A stretch of 64,000 bases of DNA. It comes from an uncultured Oscillospiraceae bacterium. Its GTDB lineage: Bacteria > Bacillota > Clostridia > Oscillospirales > Ruminococcaceae. How positions within the stretch are numbered: the first letter of the stretch is position 1; every line of letters begins with the position of its first letter. Both the position numbers and the translations under genes were made by a program. Of this stretch, positions 40,544 to 50,111 are shown one piece after another. The notes beneath the pieces were generated by a model. That model worked only from the letters and a program-made list of their open reading frames with translations, was not told the origin of the DNA and made no database searches. Where the stretch lies: assembly GCA_910579545.1 (NCBI GenBank), contig CAJTVI010000001.1, positions 106,360-170,359 on the forward strand, in the 5' to 3' direction.

Positions 40544-42608
40544 GCAAAACCTCCTCAAAGGTCACCGAGCGCCCCGGCCGCAGCCGCAGGATCGGGTCGG
40601 TGCGGGAATAAAGGCGGATACAGCCCTGCGGCAGATGTTCCAGCCAGGGGTAGGCGGCGCTGGTGTACAGCACCGCGCCGGGCCGCAGGCTGCCGGGCGC
40701 GCCCGGCCCCGCCAGCAGCAGGTCCACCGGGACCTGCTGCCCAAACCGTGGGCTGCCGCTGGCCATGGCGGCGGTATACCCGCCGGCCGAGAGCAGTACC
40801 AGATTGCCCTGCCCGCCGTTCCACAGCCGCAGGCTTACCCCGCCAAACAGGCGGGCCTGCTCCTGGTTTTGGGGCAGCTCTTCCAGCAAAAGGGTGGTTT
40901 GCGCGGCAAGGGGCTGGGCGCCCGGCTCGGCCCGCAGGTCCACCAGCAGGGCCGGCGGGCCAATGCCGCGCAGCTCCAGGTACCGGCTTACCGCCTGGGC
41001 GTTTGTGCTGCCGCCCCGAAAAAGCACCAGCGCCTGCCCGTTTTGCAGCACCACCGCGCAGGGGTTGTACCCGCTGCCCACCAGCGCCAGTTCCACCACG
41101 TCCTGGCTGAGGGCGCCGCCGCAAAGCACGGCCGCCAGCAAAACGCCGGGCGCGGCCAGCCAAAAGCGGCCAAAGCAGCCGGCACGCCAGGCCCAAAGCC
41201 CCAGCAAAAACAGGCAGGCCCACACAAACAGGGCATACCCCCGGTGCAGCGCAAGAAAGGCAAAGGGCAGCTTTACCAAGGCGGCGGCGATGCCGCAAAA
41301 GCATTTTGCCAGCAGGCTGCCGGCAAACGAGCACAGGCGGTGCAGCGGCCACAAAAAGGGCACAAACCCGAGCACCGCGCAGCCCAGCCCACAAAACAGC
41401 AGCGGCTTTACCAGCCAGAGGGTCAAAAGGTTGGCCGGCAGGGCCGCCCCGCTTACCGCAATGCCGTTCCACAGCTGTACCGGCAGGGTAAACAGCACCG
41501 CAAAAAGCGAGGGCAGCGCCCACTCTGCGGCGCGGTTCAGCAGCCGGCCCAGCCGGCCGCGGGCCGGGCAAAAGGCCCCAAACCGGCGCGCCGCCCGGCC
41601 CGCAAACAGCACCCCCAGGGTGGCGCAGACCGAAAGCTGGAGCCCTACATCCCCCGCCGCATAGGGGTTTTGCAGCCCCAGCAAAAGGGCGGCAAAGCCC
41701 AGCGAGGTCACGGCGTCCGGCGTAAGCAGCAAAAGCGAGCCCACCTGGCAGAGGATGGCCGCAAGTCCCGCCCGGCAAACCGAGGGGCCAAACCCGCTTA
41801 CCGCCATCAGCAGCAGCACAAGGCAAAGGGTGAGCAGCGCCCGCAGCCGGTAAAAGCGGCGGCGGTTTTTGCCCCCGCCCAAAAATCCGGCCAAAATGCC
41901 CAGATGCAGCCCGGACACCACCAGCACGTGCGAAAGCCCGGCCGAGCGGAAGAGCCGCCGCTGCCCGGCCGAGAGGGCGGTTTTGTCCCCCGTGGTCATG
42001 GCCCGCAACACGCCGCGGTAGGGCTTTGGGATGTAGCGGGCGATGTTTGCGCCAAAAGCCCGGCGAAGACCGCGCACGGCCGCCCGCCACCCGCCGGCAG
42101 AGCCCGCGCGGGCAAACTCCCCCGCGTACTCGGCCCGCAAAAAGACGCCGTCGGCATAATACGAGGGGCGCCAGACATCCTGCTCCAGCCCGCGCAGCAA
42201 AAAGCGGCCCTCCACAAGGTCGCCCGCCTCGCACTCTGGCAGGGCGTCAAAGGCGATGTGCAGGGGGCTGCCCGGTTTTGCCCCGTTCAGCAGCAGCACC
42301 CGCGCCTCGCCCCGCACAATGCCGTCCCCATAGGAGGCCCCCGCCTCGGTAACCTCCAAACGCAGGGCGTATTCGCCGCCGGAAAGCCTCTCGGCCGGGA
42401 TAACCCGCCGCACCCGGTACACGCAGAACAGCCCCAGCGCCAGCAGGCCGGCCGCCAAAAGCAGGCGCGGATAGCCCCTGCGGCCCTTATAAAGGTATGC
42501 GCCCAACACGAAAAGCGCCGCCGGCAGGAACCCCGCCAGCGGCGCCGAGATCAGCAGCCACTGCGCAGCCAAAAACCCAAGGCCAAAAACCGCCAGCGGG
42601 CGCCGCAC
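40530..42608 (-). CDS. comEC: ComEC/Rec2-family DNA internalisation channel protein
   Basis: It has a DUF4131-like N-domain, the competence domain ('SAGLSHVLVVSGLHLGIL') and a C-terminal MBL-like region. The start is taken as GTG at 42608 because the longer ORF would overlap the upstream gene. Start is uncertain. Confidence 0.82.
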   Translation of the reverse strand: MRRPLAVFGLGFLAAQWLLISAPLAGFLPAALFVLGAYLYKGRRGYPRLLLAAGLLALGLFCVYRVRRVIPAERLSGGEYALRLEVTEAGASYGDGIVRGEARVLLLNGAKPGSPLHIAFDALPECEAGDLVEGRFLLRGLEQDVWRPSYYADGVFLRAEYAGEFARAGSAGGWRAAVRGLRRAFGANIARYIPKPYRGVLRAMTTGDKTALSAGQRRLFRSAGLSHVLVVSGLHLGILAGFLGGGKNRRRFYRLRALLTLCLVLLLMAVSGFGPSVCRAGLAAILCQVGSLLLLTPDAVTSLGFAALLLGLQNPYAAGDVGLQLSVCATLGVLFAGRAARRFGAFCPARGRLGRLLNRAAEWALPSLFAVLFTLPVQLWNGIAVSGAALPANLLTLWLVKPLLFCGLGCAVLGFVPFLWPLHRLCSFAGSLLAKCFCGIAAALVKLPFAFLALHRGYALFVWACLFLLGLWAWRAGCFGRFWLAAPGVLLAAVLCGGALSQDVVELALVGSGYNPCAVVLQNGQALVLFRGGSTNAQAVSRYLELRGIGPPALLVDLRAEPGAQPLAAQTTLLLEELPQNQEQARLFGGVSLRLWNGGQGNLVLLSAGGYTAAMASGSPRFGQQVPVDLLLAGPGAPGSLRPGAVLYTSAAYPWLEHLPQGCIRLYSRTDPILRLRPGRSVTFEEVLHDPQ

Positions 42609-42612
42609 TGCC

Positions 42613-43152
42613 TTAGTGGAAGAAGAGGGGCAGCGGCTCGAGGAACAGGATGTCCTTGCGCTGGGCCGCATCGCCCTCGGCCAGCACAGCCGCGCAGCCC
42701 GCTACCGTGCCGGTGCTGCGCCCGGCCAGCGCCTCCAGCGCGTGCAGCGAGCCGCCGGTGCTGATCACGTCGTCCACGATCAGGATCCGCTTGCCGTTCA
42801 TGGCATCCAGGTCCTTTTTGTCGATCACAAGGGTCTGCTTGGCCGCCGTGGTGATCGACTGGTCCTCCACCACCACCGGCTCCTTCATGTAAAGTTTTAC
42901 GCCTTTACGGGCAGGGATGTACGGCTTGCCGCTCTGCCGGCTCATCTCGTAGGCCAGCGGGATGCCCTTGGCCTCGGCGGTAAGGATCACGTCGAACTCG
43001 GGGCATTTTGCCAGCAGTTCCTTGGCGCAGGCCACCGTAAGTTCTACATCGCTGAACATGATAAACGCCGCAATAGACAGCTTATCGTTCAATTTGCACA
43101 CGGGCAACTCCCGCGTAAGGCCCGCCACATGCAGGGTATAGGTCTCGTTCAT
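42613..43152 (-). CDS. Type I phosphoribosyltransferase family protein (Apt/Xpt-like)
   Basis: 179 aa from the ATG at 43152 (AAAGGAGC ribosome-binding site) with the PRPP-binding motif 'ILIVDDVISTGGS'. Confidence 0.75.
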   Translation of the reverse strand: MNETYTLHVAGLTRELPVCKLNDKLSIAAFIMFSDVELTVACAKELLAKCPEFDVILTAEAKGIPLAYEMSRQSGKPYIPARKGVKLYMKEPVVVEDQSITTAAKQTLVIDKKDLDAMNGKRILIVDDVISTGGSLHALEALAGRSTGTVAGCAAVLAEGDAAQRKDILFLEPLPLFFH

Positions 43153-43323
43153 GGTATCCGCTCCTTTGCTTTTGTTGGGTTGGCTTGATAAGACAGCATG
43201 AAAAGGCATATTGCTTTACAGCATTCCCGCGGCCGTAACGGCGGGCAGGCCCATCCCCTTGCGGGGGCATTGCCCCGCCCCCGCAAGGCGCTTAGCCCGG
43301 CATCCAAAAGGGCCGCGGCGGCT

Positions 43324-43662
43324 TTAGCCCGGAGGCCAGGCAAGGCTGCGCTTTGCCAGCACATGGAAGTGCAGGTGCCCCACGCTTTGGCCGCCGTCGC
43401 TGCCCACATTGGTTACCACGCGGTAGCCGTTTTCGCAGCCCTGCTCGGCGCACAGCCGGGCGATCACGGCGTACACGTGCCCCACCAGCGCGGCGTCGGC
43501 CTCAGTAAGCGCCGCGGCCGAATCGATGTGCTGTTTGGGGATCACCAAAAAATGCAGCGGGGCCTGCGGGTCAATGTCGTAAAAGGCCAGCAGGGTGTCG
43601 TCCTCATACAGCTTGGTCGAGGGGATCTCGCCCGCGGCGATCTTGCAAAACAGGCAGTCCAT
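43324..43662 (-). CDS. HIT-family (histidine triad) nucleotide hydrolase
   Basis: 'MDCLFCKIAAGEIP' and 'HLHFHV' histidine triad motifs. The ATG at 43662 is preferred because of its spacing from GGAGGGA. Confidence 0.9.
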   Translation of the reverse strand: MDCLFCKIAAGEIPSTKLYEDDTLLAFYDIDPQAPLHFLVIPKQHIDSAAALTEADAALVGHVYAVIARLCAEQGCENGYRVVTNVGSDGGQSVGHLHFHVLAKRSLAWPPG

Positions 43663-43738
43663 CGGTTGCATTCCCTCCTTTTTTATGGCTGCATCCCCCG
43701 GCAAAAGGGCAATATGCCCCCTTTGCCGGGCGACGCTT

Positions 43739-46402
43739 TTATTGCAGCAGTTCCCGCACGATGCCGGGCACCGCCGCCAAAGCCTCGTCCACCTTGGTGG
43801 TATCCTTTACGCCGGCCATGGCAAAGTCCGGCTTGCCGCCGCCGTTGCCGCCGGCCACCATGGCCACCTGCTTGACCAGCTGGCCGGCCTTTACCCCGCG
43901 GGCCAGGGCCATCTTGCCGCAGGAGGCCGCAAGGCTCACCTTGCCCTCGTTTTCGCCCGCCAGCACGGCCACCACGTCCGGGGCCTTGTCGCGGATCTTT
44001 TCGGCCATGCTGCGCAGCGCGTCCGGCCCGGTGCCCGAGAAGAAGGCGGTGAGCACCCGCAGGTCCTCCACCTCGGCCGCGCCCTCAAACAGGCCGTCGA
44101 TCTTGCCGGCCGCCAGGGTCGCCTTGGCCTCCTCCAGTTCCTTGGTCAGGCTCTTGAGCTCGCCGGCCATGGCCGCCGCGCGCAGGGGCAGGTCCTTGAG
44201 GCTGCCCACCTTGAGCGCCGCGGCGGTGTTGTGCAGCATCTCGGTGCGCTCGTCCAGCAGGCGCAGCACACCCATGCCGGTGGTGCCCTCGATGCGGCGG
44301 ATGCCGGCGGCCACGCTGCTCTCGCTGAGGATCTTAAAGCAGCCCACCTGGGCGGTGTTGGCAACATGGGTGCCGCCGCAGAACTCGGTGGACCAGCCAT
44401 TGATGTCCACCACCCGCACGATCTCGCCGTATTTTTCGCCAAACAGGGCCATGGCCCCCATCTTTTTGGCCTCGGCCAGCGGCATATTGTTTACCGTAAC
44501 CTCCAGCGCCTCAAAAATCTTCTGGTTTACAATGTGCTCCACAAGGGCCAGCTCCTCGGGGGTCACCGCGCTGAAATGGGTAAAGTCGAACCGCACCCGC
44601 TCGTCGTCCTCATACGAGCCGGCCTGGTGCACATGCCCGCCCAGCACCTCGCGCAGGGCGCGCTGCAAAAGGTGGGCGGCGGTGTGGTTGCGGGCAATGG
44701 CGCTGCGCCGGCCCTTGTCCACCCGGGCGGTAAGCTGCTGGCCCACCTGCACCATGCCGCTTTCCAATACGCAGGTGTGCACAAAATAACCCTTGGGCGT
44801 TTTTTTGACCGCCTTGACCGTGAGTTTGGTATCCCCCGAAAGGAGCACGCCGGTGTCGGTGACCTGGCCGCCCATCTCGGCGTAGAAGGGGGTGTGGTCC
44901 AGCACCACCAGCACCCCGTCCTTGGCACCGTCGTCGGTGGAGATGGCGTCCAGCAGCTCCTCCTCGTCCGAGAGGGCCTGCACCACGGCGGTATCCTCTA
45001 AGGTGTCGTAGCCGGTAAAGCGGGTGGGCTCGGCCTCCAGTTCGCTGAACAGGTCGGTGCTCCAGCCCGAAATATCGCGGGAGAGCCGGTCCTTGCGGGC
45101 CTTCTCCTTCTGCTTTGCCATCTCGCGGCGGAAATCCTCCTCGTCCACGTCGATGCCGGCCTCCCCGGCGATCTCGCGGGTGAGGTCCAGCGGGAAGCCG
45201 AAGGTATCGTTGAGTTTGAAGGCATCGAGGCCCGAGAGGATCTTGCGCTTGCCGGCCACCGCCGTACGCTCGATGGCGTCCAGCAGGTTATTGAGGATGT
45301 TCATGCCCTGGTCGATGGTCTTATAGAACCGCTCCTCCTCGGTGCCGATCACCTTTTTGATGTAATCGGCGTGCTCCTCCAGTTCGGGGTAGCCGGCCTT
45401 GTTCTCCCGGATGACCGTTTCGACCAGTTCGGTGAGGAAGGGCCGGGTGATGCCCAGCATCCGCCCGTGGCGAGCGGCCCGGCGCAAAAGGCGGCGCAGC
45501 ACATAGCCGCGGCCCTCGTTGGAGGGCAGGATGCCGTCGCTGACCATAAAGGTGGTGGAGCGGATGTGGTCGGTGATGACCCGGATCGAGATGTCGGTCT
45601 TTTCGTCCTGGCCGTAGGCCTTGCCGCTGATGCGCTCGACATGGTGCAGGATCGCCTGCACCGTGTCCACCTCAAAGAGGTTGCCCACACCCTGCATCAC
45701 GCAGGCCAGCCGCTCAAGGCCCATGCCGGTGTCGATGTTGGGCTTTTCCAGCAGGGTGTACTGGCCCTTGCCGTCCGAATCGAACTGGCTGAACACCAAG
45801 TTCCAGACCTCCATATACCGGTCGCAGTCGCAGCCCACCTTGCAGTCCGGCTTGCCGCAGCCGTGCTCGGGGCCGCGGTCAAAGTAGATCTCGCTGCAGG
45901 GGCCGCAGGGGCCGGAGCCGTGCTCCCAGAAGTTATCCTCCTTGCCAAAGCGGACCATGTGGTCCTCGGGGATGCCCACCTGCTTGGTCCAGATGTCCCA
46001 GGCCTCGTCGTCCTCCTCGTACACCGAGATGTACAGCAGCTCGGCCGGGATCTCGACCACCTTGGTCAAAAACTCCCAGGCCCAGGCGATGGCCTCGGGC
46101 TTGAAGTAATCCTGAAAGCTGAAGTTGCCCAGCATCTCAAAATAGGTGCCGTGCCGCGCGGTGATGCCCACCCGCTCGATATCCGGGGTGCGGATGCACT
46201 TCTGGCAGGTGGTCACCCGGTGGCGGGGCGGCTCCTCCTGGCCCAAGAACCACTTTTTCATGGGGGCCATGCCGCTGTTGATCAGCAAAAGGCTGTTGTC
46301 GTTTTTGGGCACCAGCGGAAAGCTGTCCAGCCGCAGGTGGCCCTTTCCCTCAAAAAAGCTCAGGTATTTTTCGCGCAGTTCGTTCAGTCCGGTCCATTGC
46401 AT
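43739..46402 (-). CDS. alaS: Alanine--tRNA ligase
   Basis: 887-aa ORF with 'LREKYLSFFEGKGH', class II synthetase motifs, the editing-domain 'HTAAHLL' and 'CGGTHV' motifs, and a C-terminal DHHA1 domain. Confidence 0.98.
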   Translation of the reverse strand: MQWTGLNELREKYLSFFEGKGHLRLDSFPLVPKNDNSLLLINSGMAPMKKWFLGQEEPPRHRVTTCQKCIRTPDIERVGITARHGTYFEMLGNFSFQDYFKPEAIAWAWEFLTKVVEIPAELLYISVYEEDDEAWDIWTKQVGIPEDHMVRFGKEDNFWEHGSGPCGPCSEIYFDRGPEHGCGKPDCKVGCDCDRYMEVWNLVFSQFDSDGKGQYTLLEKPNIDTGMGLERLACVMQGVGNLFEVDTVQAILHHVERISGKAYGQDEKTDISIRVITDHIRSTTFMVSDGILPSNEGRGYVLRRLLRRAARHGRMLGITRPFLTELVETVIRENKAGYPELEEHADYIKKVIGTEEERFYKTIDQGMNILNNLLDAIERTAVAGKRKILSGLDAFKLNDTFGFPLDLTREIAGEAGIDVDEEDFRREMAKQKEKARKDRLSRDISGWSTDLFSELEAEPTRFTGYDTLEDTAVVQALSDEEELLDAISTDDGAKDGVLVVLDHTPFYAEMGGQVTDTGVLLSGDTKLTVKAVKKTPKGYFVHTCVLESGMVQVGQQLTARVDKGRRSAIARNHTAAHLLQRALREVLGGHVHQAGSYEDDERVRFDFTHFSAVTPEELALVEHIVNQKIFEALEVTVNNMPLAEAKKMGAMALFGEKYGEIVRVVDINGWSTEFCGGTHVANTAQVGCFKILSESSVAAGIRRIEGTTGMGVLRLLDERTEMLHNTAAALKVGSLKDLPLRAAAMAGELKSLTKELEEAKATLAAGKIDGLFEGAAEVEDLRVLTAFFSGTGPDALRSMAEKIRDKAPDVVAVLAGENEGKVSLAASCGKMALARGVKAGQLVKQVAMVAGGNGGGKPDFAMAGVKDTTKVDEALAAVPGIVRELLQ

Positions 46403-46437
46403 TGTCTTCTCTACCCCATTCTGTTTGGTATTCGGTC

Positions 46438-46720
46438 AAAAAAAGAATAGCCCTCGCCCCCAAAACAGGGACGAAGGCGCGGACGCTCCGTGGTACCACC
46501 CAGGTTGCAGCGCACCGCCTTGCAGGCGCCCCCAAAAATGGGGCGCGCAGGCAAAAAGGCCCGCTGCCGCTTTTGCCGCGTTAACGCCGCGCTGCGCCCC
46601 GCTCTCGCGGGGAGGCTCAAGGGTGGCTGCCGGCTGCCGGCGAAAAGGAGTTTTCCAGCGCGCGAACTCCCTCTCTGTTTTCGCTTTGCAGAACCGTTGG
46701 CCCTGTCACTGCCCATAATG
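46438..46720 (-). promoter_or_regulatory. T-box riboswitch leader of alaS (Ala specifier)
   Basis: On the minus strand, AACCTGGGTGGTACCACGGAG (46488-46508) matches the conserved T-box sequence including the UGGU bulge. A terminator follows: CCTTCGTCCC/GGGGCGAGGG plus U7 (46438-46477). Upstream lie a GTGA K-turn-like motif and an AGAGAG AG-bay. In a hand-folded specifier loop GCAGCCA, the codon GCC lies at 46625-46627 followed by A. Confidence 0.85.
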
Positions 46721-46739
46721 GCCTTATTAAGACATTTTG

Positions 46740-46768
46740 ATTATAGCTTTTGTGGATTTCCTTGTCAA
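46740..46768 (-). promoter_or_regulatory. Sigma-A-type promoter of the alaS T-box leader
   Basis: On the minus strand: TTGACA, 17-nt spacer, TATAAT (consensus). Confidence 0.75.
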
Positions 46769-46836
46769 CCCATTTTGGGGCAAAAAAGGGCGTTTAAGGC
46801 CGGCTTTTGAGGCATCCGGGCCGGGCGGGCGGCGGC

Positions 46837-48456
46837 TTACCCGGCCCCGGCCGGCGGCGGCTCAAGGTAGGCCAGGGCGTTTGCCACCTGCGCAAAGATC
46901 GCGGCCGAGCTCACCCGCGGCTCGGCCACCCCATCCTGAAGCACCACGATGGTATAGCGCGGGTTTTCGGCGGGGTAAAAGCCGGCAAACCAGTAGTTCA
47001 TCAGTTCATTGCCGGCGGCGTCCAGCTGGCCGGTCTGGGCCGTGCCGGTCTTGCCGCCGGCGCCCCCTTGGGTGGGGCGGGCCTCCTGCCCAATGCCCTC
47101 CTCCACCACCCCAACCAGCATCTGCCGCAGGGTTTTGGCCGTGTTTGCGCTCACCGCCCGGCGGCTTTGGGGCTGGTAGTAATCCTCCAAAAGCCGGCCG
47201 GTGCCCTCCTCCACGATCCCCTCCACAAAGCTTGGGGTGGTGTAAACGCCGTCCTGCGCAATGGCGTTGTAAAGCGCGGCCACCTGCACCGGGGTGGCCA
47301 GCAGTTCGCCCTGGCCAAAACTCACGCTGGCCAGCTGGCCCAGGTCCCGCAGGGCCTCGGCGCCGGGCAGGCTGCCCGCCGCGCTTTTCAGGCCGCGGGC
47401 GAGGTAAAGCGGCTGCCCAAACCCAAAAATGCCCGCGGTTTTGGCAATTTGGCCGCCGCCCATCTGCAGGCCAAGCTCGATAAAATAGCAGTTGCAGCTT
47501 TCTTCCAGCGCGTCCTGCAAACCCAGCCTGCCGTGGGCGATGCCCTTGGCGCAGCGGTACACATGGTCGTTAAGCTGCAAATACCCTTTGCACTCGGTGC
47601 AAAACCAGCCCATCCCCTTTTCCAGCGCGGCGGCCGCCAGCACCGGCTTAAACACCGAACCCACGTTGAACTGGCAGAGCGGCCGGTTCAAAAAGGAGGT
47701 GTCGTCCGCCTCGATGCTTTTTTGCAGGTCGGCGGGGTCAAATTCCGGCATGCTCACGCTGGCGCGCACCTTGGCGCTGCCGCATTCCAGCACCAAAATG
47801 CAGCCCCGGACCATCTGCCGCTGCGCCGCCCCCTCGCAGATGCGCTGGATGCGTTCATCGAGGGTCAGGCGGATGCCCTTTGCGCTCCCATCCGCCGGGG
47901 TGTAGCGCGGGCTCTGCCCCGCCAGCAGCCGGCCCTGCGCGGTGGTGATGCACTGCACATAGCTGCTGCTGCGCGCGCCGGCCAGCACATCCTCAAAGGC
48001 CAGTTCCAGCCCAGCCACCCCGCTGCCCTCGCCGTCCAGATAGCCCAGCAGGTGCGGCGCAATGGGGTTGGGCAGGTACCGCCTGGGCGCGGAGTAGGTG
48101 TAGACGCCCTCGTTTGTCAGGTCCCCGTCCACCTCGATCAAAAAGGGGGCGGCGGCGTTGCGCCTTTGGTACAAAAGGCTCTGCCCCGCATACGAAACAT
48201 GCTCAAACAGCCGGGTATAGCTGCTCTCGCCCGGCACCGAAAGGGCGTAGTACCGCTGTTCATAGCCGGTGAGCGGGATGCCGTTTGTGTCGTAAATGCC
48301 GCCGCGCCCGGCCTGCAGCGGCAGGGTGGTAATGGTTTGCGCCTGGGCCGTGCCGGCGTATTCCTTGTTGCCGGCAACCAGATAAAGCCGGCCCAGCACC
48401 ACCGCAAACAGCAGCAGCATGGACGCATAGACCGCGATCAGGCGTTTGGGGGTCAC
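46837..48456 (-). CDS. Class B penicillin-binding protein (peptidoglycan D,D-transpeptidase, PBP2/SpoVD-like)
   Basis: 539 aa with an N-terminal membrane anchor, a dimerisation domain and transpeptidase motifs 'SVFKP' (SxxK), 'SCN' (SxN) and 'KTGT'. GTG start 8 nt after AGGAGGG. No PASTA domains. Confidence 0.87.
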   Translation of the reverse strand: MTPKRLIAVYASMLLLFAVVLGRLYLVAGNKEYAGTAQAQTITTLPLQAGRGGIYDTNGIPLTGYEQRYYALSVPGESSYTRLFEHVSYAGQSLLYQRRNAAAPFLIEVDGDLTNEGVYTYSAPRRYLPNPIAPHLLGYLDGEGSGVAGLELAFEDVLAGARSSSYVQCITTAQGRLLAGQSPRYTPADGSAKGIRLTLDERIQRICEGAAQRQMVRGCILVLECGSAKVRASVSMPEFDPADLQKSIEADDTSFLNRPLCQFNVGSVFKPVLAAAALEKGMGWFCTECKGYLQLNDHVYRCAKGIAHGRLGLQDALEESCNCYFIELGLQMGGGQIAKTAGIFGFGQPLYLARGLKSAAGSLPGAEALRDLGQLASVSFGQGELLATPVQVAALYNAIAQDGVYTTPSFVEGIVEEGTGRLLEDYYQPQSRRAVSANTAKTLRQMLVGVVEEGIGQEARPTQGGAGGKTGTAQTGQLDAAGNELMNYWFAGFYPAENPRYTIVVLQDGVAEPRVSSAAIFAQVANALAYLEPPPAGAG

Positions 48457-48580
48457 CCGGGCATCCCTCCTTTTTTTGGGGCGGGAGCCGTTTTGCCCGC
48501 GCTTTGGGTGCGGCGGCCCCTCCCTGCATTAGTTTGGCTTTTGGCGGCGGCTTTAATCCGCGCCGGCGGGGTTTGCCCCC

Positions 48581-48609
48581 TTGACAAGCCCTCGTTTGGG
48601 GTATATTAT
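48581..48609 (+). promoter_or_regulatory. Sigma-A-type promoter of the MarR-TauE operon
   Basis: TTGACA, 17-nt spacer, TATTAT. Confidence 0.6.
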
Positions 48610-48690
48610 GTTCGCAAAAGAACAAACCGGGCGGCGGATGCGCGATGCAGCTGCAAATTGGGTTTCCGCTGCGGGATCGGAGGTACGGGT

Positions 48691-49176
48691 ATGCTCCCAG
48701 CGATTTTTGTGCGTTCCCGGGGCCTGAGCAAGCTGTATAACCGGCTGTTTGCGCCGCTGCTTGCCAAGTATGGGCTGGCCCAGACCGAGGCGGACATTCT
48801 TTTGTTCCTGGCCAACAACCCCGAATACGACACCGCCCACGACATTGTGGAACAGCGGCATCTGGCAAAATCCCACATTTCGGCGGGGGTGGAGGTGCTG
48901 GCGGCCCACGGCTTGCTGGAGCGCTGCCAGCGCGAGGGCAACCGCAAGACCATCCACCTGCACCTGACCGAGGCCGCGGCCCCCATCATCAAGGAGGGGC
49001 GCAGCCTGCAAAGGCGGTACGGCCGGCTGCTGTTTGCCGGGCTGAGCAGCGAGGAAGTGCGCCAGCTGATGCGGCTGCTGGACCGTGTGGCCCAAAATGT
49101 GGACGCCGCGCTGGAGCAGGACGGCATGCCGCTGCCGCCCGCCGCGGGAAAGGACAAGCCATGTACAAATTTGTAA
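48691..49176 (+). CDS. MarR-family transcriptional regulator
   Basis: 161 aa from the ATG at 48691 (GGAGG ribosome-binding site), in the C-terminal part of a long spurious ORF. The winged-helix region is 'LAQTEADILLFLANNP...DIVEQRHLAKSHISAGVEVL'. Confidence 0.85.
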   Translation: MLPAIFVRSRGLSKLYNRLFAPLLAKYGLAQTEADILLFLANNPEYDTAHDIVEQRHLAKSHISAGVEVLAAHGLLERCQREGNRKTIHLHLTEAAAPIIKEGRSLQRRYGRLLFAGLSSEEVRQLMRLLDRVAQNVDAALEQDGMPLPPAAGKDKPCTNL

Positions 49177-49928
49177 TCTGCTTTATTGCCGGGCTGGGGG
49201 CGGGGCTTGGCACCGGCTTTGCCGGCATGAGCGCGGCGGCCGTGATCACCCCCATGCTGGTGACCTTTTTGCAGATGGAGCCCTATCAGGCGGTGGGCAT
49301 CGCGCTGGCAAGCGACGTGCTGGCCAGCGCGGTTTCGGCCTACACCTACGGCAAAAACAAAAACCTGGACATCCGCAACGGGCTGGTGATGATGGGTTCG
49401 GTGCTGGTGTTTACCTTGGTGGGCAGCTGGGTGTCCAGCCTGGTGCCCTCCAGCACCATGGGCAGCTTTTCGGTGTTTATGACCCTGCTGCTGGGCGTCA
49501 AATTTATCGTAAAGCCGGTCATGACCACCAAGGAGGCCATGAGCTCGGTGTCGGCCGGCAAGCGGTTTGTCCAGTCGGTGGTGTGCGGGATGATGATCGG
49601 CTTTATCTGCGGCTTTGTGGGCGCGGGCGGCGGCATGATGATGCTGCTGATCCTCACCTCGGTGCTGGGGTACGAACTCAAAACCGCCGTGGGCACCAGC
49701 GTGTTCATCATGGCCTTTACCGCCCTTACCGGCGCCTTGAGCCACTTTGCCATTGGCGGCGTGGCCGACTGGGCGGCCCTGGCCTTCTGCGTTGGCTCCA
49801 CCCTGCTCTGGGCCCGCATCGCCGCCCGCTTTGCCAACAAGAGCACCCCCGCCGTGCTCAACCGGGCCACCGGCGCGGTGCTGGTGGCGCTGGGGGTCGT
49901 GATCCTGAGCGTCAACTACCTGACCTGA
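49161..49928 (+). CDS. TauE/SafE-family sulfite/anion exporter membrane protein
   Basis: 255-aa protein of about 8 transmembrane segments with repeated 'G.G.G..G.G(G/A)' motifs. It overlaps the MarR gene by 16 nt. Confidence 0.82.
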   Translation: MYKFVICFIAGLGAGLGTGFAGMSAAAVITPMLVTFLQMEPYQAVGIALASDVLASAVSAYTYGKNKNLDIRNGLVMMGSVLVFTLVGSWVSSLVPSSTMGSFSVFMTLLLGVKFIVKPVMTTKEAMSSVSAGKRFVQSVVCGMMIGFICGFVGAGGGMMMLLILTSVLGYELKTAVGTSVFIMAFTALTGALSHFAIGGVADWAALAFCVGSTLLWARIAARFANKSTPAVLNRATGAVLVALGVVILSVNYLT

Positions 49929-50031
49929 AGGCCCTGATAAAGGATAACTGGCCCTTTGCCAAGCGATGCTTGCCAAGGCTGCAAGGCCGGTTTGGGCCGG
50001 GATACAGGGGTTGCTTTTTTACCGCAAGAAA

Positions 50032-50090
50032 GAACTGCCGCTCCGGTGGGGTACTCCCCTGCCGGAGCGGCAGTTCCTTATATTTTATGC
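50032..50090. terminator. Bidirectional terminator between tauE-like gene and pckA
   Basis: 15-bp stem GAACTGCCGCTCCGG/CCGGAGCGGCAGTTC, followed by CTTATATTTTAT on the plus strand and preceded by AAGAAA. Confidence 0.75.
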
Positions 50091-50111
50091 TGTTTTATGC
50101 CCGCAGGAAAC

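Noticed and set aside
43153-43323. Possible purine riboswitch upstream of the phosphoribosyltransferase gene.
   Set aside because: The region lacks the conserved purine-riboswitch loop and junction sequences. It contains only one GC-rich 12-bp hairpin (CCTTGCGGGGGC/GCCCCCGCAAGG) with no U tract.
46807-48690. N-terminal roughly 630 codons of the 789-aa ORF 46807..49176. Likewise the first 403 codons of the ORF 36810..38813.
   Set aside because: Only the C-terminal parts are real genes: the MarR regulator from 48691 and the second permease from 38019. Each of those has its own ribosome-binding site or start-stop coupling. The upstream parts run antisense through the PBP gene, or run out of frame across the first permease gene.
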